Positions 35,213 to 44,868 of a DNA stretch of 56,419 bases are shown piece after piece. Origin of the DNA: an uncultured Candidatus Sumerlaeota bacterium (GTDB lineage Bacteria; Sumerlaeota; Sumerlaeia; SLMS01); assembly GCA_964420455.1 (NCBI GenBank), contig CAYQTO010000007.1, forward strand, positions 1-56,419, read 5' to 3'. The notes under the pieces were generated by a model. It saw nothing but the letters and a program-made list of their open reading frames with translations, did not search any database and had not been told where the DNA came from. The position numbers and the translations under genes are program-made. How positions within the stretch are numbered: the stretch's first letter is position 1; each line of letters begins with the position of its first letter.

Positions 35213-36193
35213 ATGAACGGGCTTGCAAACTATCTCGGCGCGATCTGCCTCATGTTGTTGGTCCTGCAGGGGGCCCCGGCCCAGACATTGGCGCCGCTCG
35301 AGGAATCGCTGAAGTACGAGATTGTGGGCCTGGACGACCGCCCGGCTTTGTACGACGCCGTGAGGCTGTCGCTCCAACGCGCCCGGGCAACCCTCGCGGA
35401 GCAGACCCACCACGAATGGACCGGGACTCTTGTCGTGGTCTGGGCAGAGGAGGAGCTTTACGAGGAGAAGACGGGCTTTCAGGCGGAAAACACCGCCGCG
35501 GCGGCCTCGCCCTCCCAAATGACCATCTGGATCAACGCACGGGCGTGGAGCCGGACGCCGGAATCCGAGCGCCAGCGCACGATGACCCACGAGTGCGCCC
35601 ATATCCTCCTCGGGAGCCTTCCCGGCGGCCAGAATCTTCCCCTCTGGGCCAACGAGGGGATCGTCATGCACCTCGCCGACCAGTTCAACTGGCGCGACCA
35701 CACCACATTGCTGACTGCCCACGCCTTCGGCCAGTTGCCGAATCTTGCGGACCTGGAAAGGGGATTTCCCCGCGGTGGCCAGGCGCAAACGCTGGCCTAC
35801 CGGATGAGCTACTCGGCGGTGGGGGTGGTGGCGGAGAACTACGGCGACCGGCCGGGATCGGTCCGCCGGTTGGTACACCGATTGGCGGACCCGGAGGCGG
35901 GGCCGGCTACCGCCCGCGAGTTTTGGGATGAATTCCGCCGCGATGGATGGCAACTGGCCACCGAACACTCCCTCGGGTCGCGCTTCTCCAGCCTGATCAT
36001 TCTCATGTCCAGCACCGGCGCCATTTTCGCCCTCATTACCATCCTCTTCCTCGTCACCTCCGTGATCGTCCGGAAGCGACGGGCGGAGCAGCGCCGTGCC
36101 TGGGAGGAGGAAAAGGAGGCATGGGAGGAATCACTGACCGACGAGGATGTGCAGGACATTTATGGCGATCGCGAGGACCGTTGGTCATCCTGA
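35213..36193 (+). CDS. peptidase-MA-like metalloprotein with C-terminal TM anchor
   Basis: Signal peptide, THECAHILLG (HExxH), later NEGIVMHLAD, a C-terminal TM helix and an acidic tail. Confidence 0.5.
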   Translation: MNGLANYLGAICLMLLVLQGAPAQTLAPLEESLKYEIVGLDDRPALYDAVRLSLQRARATLAEQTHHEWTGTLVVVWAEEELYEEKTGFQAENTAAAASPSQMTIWINARAWSRTPESERQRTMTHECAHILLGSLPGGQNLPLWANEGIVMHLADQFNWRDHTTLLTAHAFGQLPNLADLERGFPRGGQAQTLAYRMSYSAVGVVAENYGDRPGSVRRLVHRLADPEAGPATAREFWDEFRRDGWQLATEHSLGSRFSSLIILMSSTGAIFALITILFLVTSVIVRKRRAEQRRAWEEEKEAWEESLTDEDVQDIYGDREDRWSS

Positions 36194-36328
36194 GCCACCG
36201 GGCGATGCCGCACTACGGTCCAAGAGACTGGTCGTGCGACTTTTTTCCTTGAATTCTCCTTACAGCTTCTTCAGGTCATCAAATTAACACTCCCAACTCA
36301 CTTTCTTTCCCGAAGGAGAATCAGCACC

Positions 36329-37306
36329 ATGCGTCATTCGGTTTTTCTGGCGGGGGCCCTTTTGGCCAGCGCCTCTCTCCTGCCCGCCCAGGGGACTCTG
36401 CAAGCCATCAGCATCGGGTCCGGTGCCGGATCCCTCGATCTGGACCTCGCCTATACGACCGGTCATGTGGACGGTGATTCGGGCACCTTCGATCCAGGCG
36501 CCAGTGTGCCCGCCGGCACCACCATCTGGAACATCGGCTTCCTGTTCTACGACGGCACGACGGACGTCTGGGCCGACAATGGCTTCCTCGGCCATACCAA
36601 CCAGATTGCCGACGGCACCGTGAGCAACACCGCCTCCTCCATCACGAATACCGGCATGACCTTTCCCGGCATCACGGGCCTGACCGGAAACCTCCAGATG
36701 GAGCTGTCCCAGCCCAACCCCAACCCTCAGAACATCGTTACCTGCACATGGTCGTGGACGTTGATCAACGCCAACCCCGCGGAGCTCCCCCTCAACGTCA
36801 CCTGGTTCGTCGACATGGATTCCTACGTCGACACCAACGATTTCGTGGACGACGTGGTGGCGTTCAAGAACAGCCTGAGCAATTACACCTTTGGCAACTC
36901 CCTGGGCGGCATCGTCATGGGGAATGCGTCCGGTGGTGGCGTCGACCTGAACAGCGGTGTCGTCATGGACGTGTTGGGCGCGGACATCACGGATATGCGT
37001 GGTATTTCCTACACGGCGGGCTCGGCCGGTTCCTCGTTCTTCTGGTCGGATTCGGATTCCTACGCGGGCCAGGGACCGGAGAGCACCGGCTTTATTCTCG
37101 GTGGCGACTTCGTGATGGACAACGATGTGAATACCGATTTCCTCAGCGACGACGGGCGGGATGCCGGCGGCGCGATCCAGACCGACGTGGTGGTGCCGGC
37201 CAGTGGCCAACTGGTTTTCCAGCACGTCATGACGTGGGGCATCGACGAGGTCGCGACCGCAGGGTTTGTTCTCCCGACGTCGGTTGAGGACTGGACTCTC
37301 TATTGA
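36329..37306 (+). CDS. secreted hypothetical protein
   Basis: 325 aa with signal peptide MRHSVFLAGALLASASLLPAQG. AAGGAGA ribosome-binding site 8 nt upstream. Preceded by an unusually AT-rich 135-nt spacer. No motif recognised. Confidence 0.5.
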   Translation: MRHSVFLAGALLASASLLPAQGTLQAISIGSGAGSLDLDLAYTTGHVDGDSGTFDPGASVPAGTTIWNIGFLFYDGTTDVWADNGFLGHTNQIADGTVSNTASSITNTGMTFPGITGLTGNLQMELSQPNPNPQNIVTCTWSWTLINANPAELPLNVTWFVDMDSYVDTNDFVDDVVAFKNSLSNYTFGNSLGGIVMGNASGGGVDLNSGVVMDVLGADITDMRGISYTAGSAGSSFFWSDSDSYAGQGPESTGFILGGDFVMDNDVNTDFLSDDGRDAGGAIQTDVVVPASGQLVFQHVMTWGIDEVATAGFVLPTSVEDWTLY

Positions 37307-37342
37307 GTCTCACCCCTCGGACGCCATGAAGGGATGGTTCCG

Positions 37343-37376
37343 CTCCCCCCGGCGCTCGTCGGGGGGAGTGGTGTTT
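37343..37376 (+). terminator. GC-rich hairpin plus partial U-tract between convergent genes
   Basis: CTCCCCCC (37343-37350) pairs with GGGGGGAG (37361-37368). 10-nt loop, followed by TGGTGTTTGG. Confidence 0.45.
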
Positions 37377-37468
37377 GGAGGATCCTTTCAGGAGGCGGCG
37401 TCTCCCGGCCTTGATGCCGAACATCGCGTTCCCATTTCAGGGACTGTGTTGGGGGACCTGAGCCGGGG

Positions 37469-38491
37469 TTACGTTGCCGCGTATCGACCGATCTCGAGCG
37501 CGGTCTTCACCATCGCGACGTAGTTTTCGAGCTTGGCGTAGTCGGGCACGGAGTTGCTCGACCCGAGGCAATAGCCGCCGCCGGGGGCGGCGCGCTCGAT
37601 GCGGTCGCGCACCTGGCGGACGATTTCGGCTTCGTCGGCCCGGGCGAGCGCATCCACCTCGATGTTGCCGCAAAGGCAGAGCCGGTCGCCGACGCGGGCC
37701 TTCACCTCGGCGATGTCCATGGCCTTCGGCTCGATCGGGTGCTGGGCCTTCACCCCGGTCGCGATGATGTCGTCGAAGACCTCCCACAGAACGCCGTCGG
37801 TGTGGTAAAGCAGGGGGATGCCGCGAGCCTTGGCGAGGGAACCGATGTGCGCGAGACAGGGAAAGAACTTTTCCCGGAGCCAGTCGGGACCCACCATCAG
37901 GCCCTGTGTATACGCGATGTCGTCGCTGAACCAGAGCGCGCCCACCCATTCCATGGAGGCCATGGTGTCAAACATGCCGAGGATAAGGCTGCTCACGCGG
38001 TCGAAGAGGGCATCGATCAGCTCGGGGTCCTCGTAGATGCCCATGGCGAAATTCTCGAAGCCCATCATCTCCCAGACGGTCGTAAAGATGTCGCCGTACT
38101 GGCCGATGATGCCCATGCCGTCGGGAAGGAGGTGGCGGGCCTTCTCGAAATTGGAATAATCGATGTCCTCGGGGCGGGGCCAGGGGTAGGACTCAATGTC
38201 CTCCATGGACCGGATGACGCCCTCGTGTTCGGAAGCCCAGGCGCGGTCGGGGGAATCCCCCTTGGTGCGTCCGAGTTCCATGCGAAAGCGGGGCTGAATC
38301 TTGACGAAGTCGTAGCCCATGGAGGCCATGAAGGCGATGTCGTCGGCGACGGTGGCGATCGGTCGCCCGAGGAGGGCTTCCTTGATTTTGGGATGGATGC
38401 CGAGTTCGATGAGGGGGACGGCGTCGGCCTGGCCGCCATGGAGGGTTGTTGTCAGCCGGGCGAAGTCCGGCCTGCGGAGGTGGGCAAACAT
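37469..38491 (-). CDS. uroporphyrinogen-decarboxylase-family protein (MtaA/CmuA-type methylcobamide methyltransferase candidate)
   Basis: 340 aa with URO-D (beta/alpha)8 fold signatures, e.g. GYDFVKIQP, LLYHTDG, CLCGNIE, GGGYCLGSSNSVP. Immediately downstream of a corrinoid protein gene. Confidence 0.75.
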   Translation of the reverse strand: MFAHLRRPDFARLTTTLHGGQADAVPLIELGIHPKIKEALLGRPIATVADDIAFMASMGYDFVKIQPRFRMELGRTKGDSPDRAWASEHEGVIRSMEDIESYPWPRPEDIDYSNFEKARHLLPDGMGIIGQYGDIFTTVWEMMGFENFAMGIYEDPELIDALFDRVSSLILGMFDTMASMEWVGALWFSDDIAYTQGLMVGPDWLREKFFPCLAHIGSLAKARGIPLLYHTDGVLWEVFDDIIATGVKAQHPIEPKAMDIAEVKARVGDRLCLCGNIEVDALARADEAEIVRQVRDRIERAAPGGGYCLGSSNSVPDYAKLENYVAMVKTALEIGRYAAT

Positions 38492-38518
38492 GGGGTCTCC
38501 GGAGGGGAGTGTGGTGGG

Positions 38519-39193
38519 CTAGACGGCGATGCCGGCAAGTTGCTTGGCGAGGGAGGGGGCTCCGGACGCATCGGGGGCGTAGCCGTCGGCGCCGATCTCC
38601 GTGGCAAAGGCCTGGGTAACGGGGGCGCCACCGACCATGACCTTGTTCTCGAGGCCAGCCTCGCGAAGGGCGTCGATGGTCGTCTTCATCTTCTCCATGG
38701 TGACGGTCAGAAGGGCGGAAAGACCGATGAGGGCGTCGGGGTTCTCGCGCGCCTTTTCGACGAAGACGGTTGGCGCGGTGTTTGTCCCAAGGTCAATGAC
38801 CTCAAACCCGGCCCCTTCGAGCATCATGCCGACAAGGTTCTTGCCGATGTCGTGCATGTCGCCCTCAACGGTGCCGAGGATGACCGTGCCGATGGTCATG
38901 GAGGCGCCTTCGGCGAGTTGGGCGCGGAGCAGCTCGAGGCCGCCCTTCATGGCCTTGGCGGACATGAGCATTTCAGGGACAAAGTATTCGCCATCGCTGA
39001 ACTTCTTGCCGGTCACTTCCATGCCGGCGATGAGGCCCTGCTTGAGGATTTCATCGGCGCCATGTCCCTCCGCGAGGGCCTGCTCCACGAGTTCCTTCAC
39101 GCCCGGCTGGTCCCGCATGTCCTTGGGATACTTGGCCTTGGCGTCGATATGGCCGCGAATCACACAGTGGGTGATCTGTTCGATGAGGGACAT
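38519..39193 (-). CDS. corrinoid (B12-binding) protein, MtaC/MtbC-like
   Basis: Start at MSLIEQ (ATG 39193). N-terminal helical cap, then GTVEGDMHDIGKN (DxHxxG lower-ligand motif) and a Rossmann-like B12-binding domain (GLSALLT...VMVGGAP). Confidence 0.85.
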   Translation of the reverse strand: MSLIEQITHCVIRGHIDAKAKYPKDMRDQPGVKELVEQALAEGHGADEILKQGLIAGMEVTGKKFSDGEYFVPEMLMSAKAMKGGLELLRAQLAEGASMTIGTVILGTVEGDMHDIGKNLVGMMLEGAGFEVIDLGTNTAPTVFVEKARENPDALIGLSALLTVTMEKMKTTIDALREAGLENKVMVGGAPVTQAFATEIGADGYAPDASGAPSLAKQLAGIAV

Positions 39194-39440
39194 GGGGGAG
39201 GAGACCTCGGGAGGAATCGGTGGCTCCGACGGCGCGGAGGAGGAGTTGGCTTTCTCCCCGTATCGGAAACGACCAATCGTTGACTGACAGAGAATGAATG
39301 CGTTTGCAAGCTCTTTCCGGACACAAGACGTCCGTAGGCGCGTTTTCCCGGGATTTCTTCGTTGCCATGCCGCGATTGGGTCGCTAGCACTCCGCGCATC
39401 CCACAAGGGCTTGGACTTACGTCCCGCCCTCCTGCGGCCG

Positions 39441-40736
39441 ATGAAGAACCCCGCCAGCCGTGCCCTTAAAATTCACGAGAAGTTACGCCGCCGCCAGCGT
39501 CCCCACAGCGGCCCGCGGACCGGTGTTGCGCAAATCAAGCGCAAACCCATCACCGATTGGGTGAACGGCAAAGCGTTCTCGATCGTTCACAAGAACAATC
39601 TCGTTTACAATACCTGCTGGGAGGATCCCCGTCTCGATCTCGAGGCGCTGGAGCTGACGCCCAACGATACGGTCGCCATGATCACCTCGGCGGGATGCAA
39701 CGCGCTTGATTACGCGATCGAGGGCCCCCGGCGCATCCATGCGATTGACATGAACCCGCGCCAAAACGCGGTGCTCGAGATGAAGATCGCCGGAATCCGC
39801 GAACTGGAGTACGAGCGCTTCTTCGAGATGTTCGGCCGCGGGCGCCTCGCGGACTTCGACCAGGTCTACCGCCGCCAGCTCCGCCGTCACCTCTCTCCCT
39901 GGGCCCGCCGCTACTGGGATCGCCATTCCAAGTTCTTCACGGGCCGCAAGTCCTTCTACTTCTGCGGCTCCTCGGGTACCGTGGCCCGCTTCTGCAATTA
40001 CTACATCGACAAGGTGGCCAAGATCCGCGAGGACGTGGACCTGTTGCTGGAGGCGAAGACCCTCGAGGAACAGAAGGTCATCTACGATCGGTCCCTGCGC
40101 ATCGCCTTCTGGACGAAGTTCATGAAGCGATTTGTTGGGAGCGGCACCACGCTGTCGATGCTGGGGGTGCCTCGCCAGCAGCGCCAGCAGGTGGAGCTCC
40201 ACTTCGGCGGCGGAATCGCCGGCTTTATCGAGGATTCCATCGAGACCGTCTTCACCCGACTTCCGCTGCACGACAACTACTTCTGGCGGGTGTACCTCAA
40301 GGGCGCCTACTCGGAGAGCTGCTGCCCGCGCTACCTCTCGCGCGAGGGCTTCGAGAAGCTGCAGGGCGGCGCCGTCGACTGTATAGACATTCACACGAAT
40401 ACGATCGAGGGGTTCCTCCGCTCGACCGACGAGCCCGTATCGCGGTTTATCCTCCTGGACCACATGGACTGGTTGAGCACGTTCAAGTACGGTGCGCTGG
40501 TTTCGGAATGGCAGGCGATCGTGGACCGGGCCGCGCCGAAATCGCGGGTGCTGTTTCGCAGCGGCGGGCTCAAGGTCGAGTTCGTGGACCCGATCGAGGT
40601 GAAGGTAAACGGTACACGCACGCGTCTCGGCGAGATGCTTTCCTACCAGAAGGAAAAAGCGGAGCGCCTCCACGCGGTCGACCGGGTGCATACCTACGGC
40701 AGCTTCTACATCGCGGACCTGGCGCCGGCGGGATGA
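39441..40736 (+). CDS. btaA: S-adenosylmethionine:diacylglycerol 3-amino-3-carboxypropyltransferase BtaA (DUF3419)
   Basis: [14 protein letters not shown] and [11 protein letters not shown] are DUF3419/BtaA signatures. Start chosen at MKNPASR (39441). Confidence 0.8.
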   Translation: MKNPASRALKIHEKLRRRQRPHSGPRTGVAQIKRKPITDWVNGKAFSIVHKNNLVYNTCWEDPRLDLEALELTPNDTVAMITSAGCNALDYAIEGPRRIHAIDMNPRQNAVLEMKIAGIRELEYERFFEMFGRGRLADFDQVYRRQLRRHLSPWARRYWDRHSKFFTGRKSFYFCGSSGTVARFCNYYIDKVAKIREDVDLLLEAKTLEEQKVIYDRSLRIAFWTKFMKRFVGSGTTLSMLGVPRQQRQQVELHFGGGIAGFIEDSIETVFTRLPLHDNYFWRVYLKGAYSESCCPRYLSREGFEKLQGGAVDCIDIHTNTIEGFLRSTDEPVSRFILLDHMDWLSTFKYGALVSEWQAIVDRAAPKSRVLFRSGGLKVEFVDPIEVKVNGTRTRLGEMLSYQKEKAERLHAVDRVHTYGSFYIADLAPAG

Positions 40737-41461
40737 GCCTGCTGTCCGACGCCCGCATCCTCTATCATCTTGTCTTTCATCGCGCCGGTGGCGAGGACCA
40801 CCAGCAGCGGCTCGAGAACTTCTATTCGGGCCAGGCTTCGGGGTATGATGACTTCCGGCGGCGGCTGCTGAAGGGGCGCGAAGCGTTGTACCGCTCGATC
40901 CCCGTGCCCGACGGGGGTGTGTGGCTCGACATGGGGGGCGGGACTGGGGCGAATCTCGAGGCAGTCGCGGACCGTATCCCGAGGTTGTCGAAGGTGTATG
41001 TTGTGGACCTGTCGACGTCGCTGCTGGAGGTGGCGCGGGCACGCATCGCCCGCGAGGGCTGGACGAACGTCGAGGCCGTCGAGGCCGACGTCACGACCTT
41101 CCGGCCCCCGGAGCAGCGTATAGACGTGGTCACCTTTTCTTACTCGCTGACGATGATCCCGGACTGGTTTGCAGCGGTGGATCACGCGGCGGACCTGCTC
41201 GCCCCCGGTGGGCACATCGGCGTGGTGGACTTCTTCGTGTCGCGCAAGTATCCCGGCGAGGGGCTGCGACGCCACGGATGGTTTACGCGGCACTTGTGGC
41301 CGACCTGGTTCGCGAGCGACAACGTGTTCCTGTCGCCGGACCACGTGCCTTACCTGCAGCGGCGGTTCGAGACGGCGAGGCTCGCTCAACGGCGCGGCGC
41401 GGTGCCGTACATGATGGGGCTGACGGTGCCCTATTATCAGTTCCTGGGTCGCAAGCGGTAG
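40733..41461 (+). CDS. btaB: diacylglycerylhomoserine N-methyltransferase BtaB
   Basis: Class I SAM motif [11 protein letters not shown]. Length and ATGA coupling to btaA are typical of btaAB operons. Confidence 0.8.
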   Translation: MSLLSDARILYHLVFHRAGGEDHQQRLENFYSGQASGYDDFRRRLLKGREALYRSIPVPDGGVWLDMGGGTGANLEAVADRIPRLSKVYVVDLSTSLLEVARARIAREGWTNVEAVEADVTTFRPPEQRIDVVTFSYSLTMIPDWFAAVDHAADLLAPGGHIGVVDFFVSRKYPGEGLRRHGWFTRHLWPTWFASDNVFLSPDHVPYLQRRFETARLAQRRGAVPYMMGLTVPYYQFLGRKR

Positions 41462-43056
41462 AAGAACACGGGCCATCCCTGGTAGTTGTCAAAGACGTCG
41501 TAGGCGCGGATTTCCTCGATCCCGGCGTAGTGGTCGTTGAGGGCCTTCCAGCGGAGGCCGCCCTCGCCGGCGGTGGCGGTCTGGTGCTGGTCGAGGTGGT
41601 CGCGCGAACGGACGTCGCTTTCAGTGACGAGATAGCGGGGTTCCCAGAGGTCGAGGCGTTCGTCGAGCGGCGAGGGAGCAAAGCGGTCGTTGACGGGTAT
41701 GAGATCGGTATAGAGGGCGAAGGTGGTGGAGAAGTGGCCGAGGAGGATCGGGGGGGCGTCGGGGTCCGCGGCGATGGTGGCCTCCACGTCGCGGGCCATC
41801 TCGGCAAAGGAGTAGCTGATGTTGGCCTGGTAGGAGGCGAGGTCGCGGAGGCTCCGGCCGAGGGAGAGGACCAGCGCGCCTGTATAGACAATTACGAGCG
41901 TGTGGCGCAGCCAAGGGGGGCGGGCATCGGTGAGGAGGTACTTCAGGCCGAGGGCAATTAGCGTCCCCGCGGGGAGATACAGCGGCGCCCAGTAGCGCGG
42001 ACGGAAGTTCACGTAGAAGCTGAACATGGCAATATAGACGGCCAGCCAGGCGATGGCAAAGAGAACGAGGGGGCTGCGGCGGAAGCCGGGGGAAAAGAGG
42101 AGGAGGAGGGGCACGGCCACGATGACGACCCGGTACATGACCTTGTCGATGAGAAGCATGTGGTCGATCATGTGGAGGGCGAAGTCGGCGACGACGGCGA
42201 GGTCCATCTTGGCGTTCATGCCGACATTGAGAGTGAGGAAGTAGCGGTAGTCCTCGGCGTAGGGGAGGGCGAGGAGAAGGGTGTGGAGGAGGACGACGGC
42301 GGCGGCGCCGGCGGCGAGGGCGAGGGGAACAAGCCAGCGGTCGCGGCCGGAGCGCCAGTGGACCCAGAGGGCGGCGGCGCCCAGAAGGGGGACGGCGAAG
42401 AGGGCGCTGGTCTTGGTATAGAAGGCGAGGGCCCAGGCGACTCCGGCGAGGACGGCGTAGAGGCGCGGGCGGCGGTCTCCGGAAAGCACCAGCAGGTAGA
42501 ACGCGAGGAGGACGAAGAAGCCCATGGGAATCTCGCCGAGGGCGATACGGCTGTATTGATAGAAGAAGAAGTTGGAAACGGGCCAGGCGACGGCGAGGAG
42601 GGCGGTCCAGGGGTCCTCGAAGCGCCGGACAAGAAGGAAGAGGAGGACGAGGGAGCCGGCCATGCAGAGGATGATGGTGGTCCGGGCGGCGATGATATTC
42701 ACGCCGAGAAGGGCGAAGGTGCCTACGTGGAGGATCTGGAGGACGGGGAGGTTGACGGCGAAGTTGAGCTCGCCGGGCCGGTACCACTGGCCGGTCTGAT
42801 AGAGGGCGATGGCGTTGTTGGCGTACCATCCCTCGTCGGTGTAGAGGACGCCGTCGCGGGTGTACTTCTTGTCGCTGATGAAGTCGGCGCCGAGATGGAC
42901 GAAGCGAAAGGCAAAGAGCAGGAGAACGAGGCCGAGGGCCGTAGCGAAGACCCAGCGTTCGCGGTTCCAGCGGGGGCTTTCGGCGGGCTCCTGGCTCATG
43001 TGACGGGGGGCTGGTTGCCTTTTCTTGACGCTGTCTGGCGGGGTCACTTCGATCAA
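41437..43056 (-). CDS. GT-C glycosyltransferase, family 39 / ArnT-like
   Basis: 539 aa, multi-TM. The first periplasmic loop [25 protein letters not shown] matches the PMT_2/ArnT acidic loop. Confidence 0.6.
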   Translation of the reverse strand: MIEVTPPDSVKKRQPAPRHMSQEPAESPRWNRERWVFATALGLVLLLFAFRFVHLGADFISDKKYTRDGVLYTDEGWYANNAIALYQTGQWYRPGELNFAVNLPVLQILHVGTFALLGVNIIAARTTIILCMAGSLVLLFLLVRRFEDPWTALLAVAWPVSNFFFYQYSRIALGEIPMGFFVLLAFYLLVLSGDRRPRLYAVLAGVAWALAFYTKTSALFAVPLLGAAALWVHWRSGRDRWLVPLALAAGAAAVVLLHTLLLALPYAEDYRYFLTLNVGMNAKMDLAVVADFALHMIDHMLLIDKVMYRVVIVAVPLLLLFSPGFRRSPLVLFAIAWLAVYIAMFSFYVNFRPRYWAPLYLPAGTLIALGLKYLLTDARPPWLRHTLVIVYTGALVLSLGRSLRDLASYQANISYSFAEMARDVEATIAADPDAPPILLGHFSTTFALYTDLIPVNDRFAPSPLDERLDLWEPRYLVTESDVRSRDHLDQHQTATAGEGGLRWKALNDHYAGIEEIRAYDVFDNYQGWPVFFYRLRPRN

Positions 43057-43112
43057 AAGCGTTCCCGTTCGAGTCTATCCCGACCCATTTCTGTCTCCAG
43101 GAGCCCTCGCCC

Positions 43113-43814
43113 ATGAGTTACACGCTCACCGTCGTCATCCCTGTCTTCAACGAGCGCGAGACCCTCGAGGCGATCATTGATGCCACCCGGTCCGTCGCGT
43201 TGCCGAACGACGGCAAGATGGAAATCATCGTCGTGGACGACGGGAGCACGGACGGGACGCGGGACCTGTATCCGCTCGTGAAGGACAAGGTGGAGAAGGT
43301 GGTTCTTCATAAGCGGAACAAGGGGAAGGGGGCGGCGATCCGGACCGGGTTCCAGGAGGCGACGGGGGATTTCGTGATCGTGCAGGACGCAGACCTCGAG
43401 TATGATCCAAAGGAGTTTCCGATTCTGTTGGGCCCGTTGCTGAGCGGCAAGGCGGACGTGGTTTACGGCTCGCGGTTTCTCGGCGGGTCGGAGCGGCGCG
43501 TGCTGTACTTCTGGCACCGGCTGGGGAACGGCTTCCTGACGGCCCTTTCCAACATGTTCACGGACCTGAATTTGACGGACATGGAGACATGCTACAAGGT
43601 TTTCCGGCGGTCGGTGATTCAGGGCATCCGGATCGAGGAAGATCGGTTCGGGTTTGAACCGGAGATCACGGCGAAGCTGGCAAAGAAGAAGGTGCGCTTC
43701 TACGAGGTGGGCATCAGCTACCACGGGCGCACGTACGAGGAAGGGAAGAAGATCGGGATGAAGGACGGCTTCCGGGCGCTGTTCTGCATCCTGCGCTACT
43801 CGATGTTCCGCTAG
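43113..43814 (+). CDS. family 2 glycosyltransferase, polyprenyl-phosphate sugar synthase type (ArnC/GtrB/Dpm1-like)
   Basis: [18 protein letters not shown] and [10 protein letters not shown] motifs, 233 aa. Divergent from the GT-C gene. Confidence 0.85.
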   Translation: MSYTLTVVIPVFNERETLEAIIDATRSVALPNDGKMEIIVVDDGSTDGTRDLYPLVKDKVEKVVLHKRNKGKGAAIRTGFQEATGDFVIVQDADLEYDPKEFPILLGPLLSGKADVVYGSRFLGGSERRVLYFWHRLGNGFLTALSNMFTDLNLTDMETCYKVFRRSVIQGIRIEEDRFGFEPEITAKLAKKKVRFYEVGISYHGRTYEEGKKIGMKDGFRALFCILRYSMFR

Positions 43815-43860
43815 GGGGGCGTGCGGCGCCCCTCCCCGAGGCCACGCCCTCGCTGTCACG

Positions 43861-43880
43861 CCGCCTGCGGGGGCAGGCGG
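43861..43880. terminator. perfect 8-bp GC hairpin between convergent genes
   Basis: CCGCCTGC-GGGG-GCAGGCGG. A second hairpin GCGCC-TCGG-GGCGC follows about 13 nt later. No U-tract. Confidence 0.3.
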
Positions 43881-43914
43881 ACGTGCCAGCGCTGCGCCTC
43901 GGGGCGCCGCGGCG

Positions 43915-44856
43915 TTAGCGGAGGGGTCCGGGGGGGGCGGTTTTCTGCTTCAGGTCGGCGATGACGTTGGCGAGGGGGAGGTCCTCGTCGAAGTGGGCCA
44001 GGCCGCGCTCGGCGAGGTCGAGGGCCTCCCGATAGTTGTCGCGTTCGCGTTCCATGAAGACCGCCATGCGGACCACGCCGCGGGCGTCGTCCTCGACGTA
44101 GTCCGTCCACCAGGGGATGTTTTCGACGTCCATGCCCTGGGGACGCTGTTCGAAGACGAGTTCGGCGCCTTTGCGGAAGGCCTCCATGGCGAGTTCCTCG
44201 TGGACGGCGGCCTCCGTGAGGCCCGTGACGGTGCCTGCCTCGCGGAGACGGAGGGCCTTCTGGCGGTGGAGGCGCCCGTGCATGAGGTAGATCTGAAACG
44301 CGTCGGGGTTATTCTTGATCCCTTCCTCGGTGAACTTGATGCCCTCGTCGATGTTGTGGTTTTTGAGCCACCAGCCACCGAGGAGGTAGGCGCGGACGTA
44401 GTGGGGGTCGCTGATGGTCATGAGGCGGTACCAGGGGAGGAGCTCGGACCCGTCGGAGTGGATGTGGGGCTCCTCGGGATCGCGCCAGGGCTTCACTTCG
44501 CGTTCGAGATAACCGACAAAGCCGCGGAAGTCGTTTTCGTTGTCGCGGATAAGGGTGGGGGTGCCGCGGTGGTCGCCGGCGGTATCCTCGGCGGAGACAA
44601 TATGAGCGGCATAGCCCACGCCGTTGTGGAGGTAGCGCTCGGTCTTGATGAACATGATGTCACTGGCGGAGGTGCGGAGCTCGCCAAGGACGCGGGAGAT
44701 GGCGGAGGTGTTGCGTTCGCGGCTGGCGACCTCGTCCTTGCTGTAGCCTCCCCGGTAGCGATTGGGGTCGATGCCGTAAAATAGCGCCGGGACAAAGAGG
44801 AAGAGCGTGCCGCAGAGGATCAGGCCGGTGAGGGCAAGACGGTTGCGTGTGATCAT
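43915..44856 (-). CDS. membrane-anchored helical-repeat (TPR-like) protein, unknown function
   Basis: 313 aa with an N-terminal TM helix and helical repeats. Last gene of the ABC-2 cluster. Confidence 0.45.
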   Translation of the reverse strand: MITRNRLALTGLILCGTLFLFVPALFYGIDPNRYRGGYSKDEVASRERNTSAISRVLGELRTSASDIMFIKTERYLHNGVGYAAHIVSAEDTAGDHRGTPTLIRDNENDFRGFVGYLEREVKPWRDPEEPHIHSDGSELLPWYRLMTISDPHYVRAYLLGGWWLKNHNIDEGIKFTEEGIKNNPDAFQIYLMHGRLHRQKALRLREAGTVTGLTEAAVHEELAMEAFRKGAELVFEQRPQGMDVENIPWWTDYVEDDARGVVRMAVFMERERDNYREALDLAERGLAHFDEDLPLANVIADLKQKTAPPGPLR

Positions 44857-44868
44857 GGGAGGCTCCGC

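Larger units (their letters stand above)
4017..41889. repeat. dispersed over-represented octamer GTCTATAC (16 exact copies)
   Basis: GTCTATAC on the + strand at 10197, 16184, 17691 and 28296. GTATAGAC on the + strand at 4017, 18170, 18896, 19417, 20167, 20704, 22514, 27147, 29089, 40381, 41118 and 41882. All positions were cross-checked against reading frames of the host genes. Confidence 0.9.
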
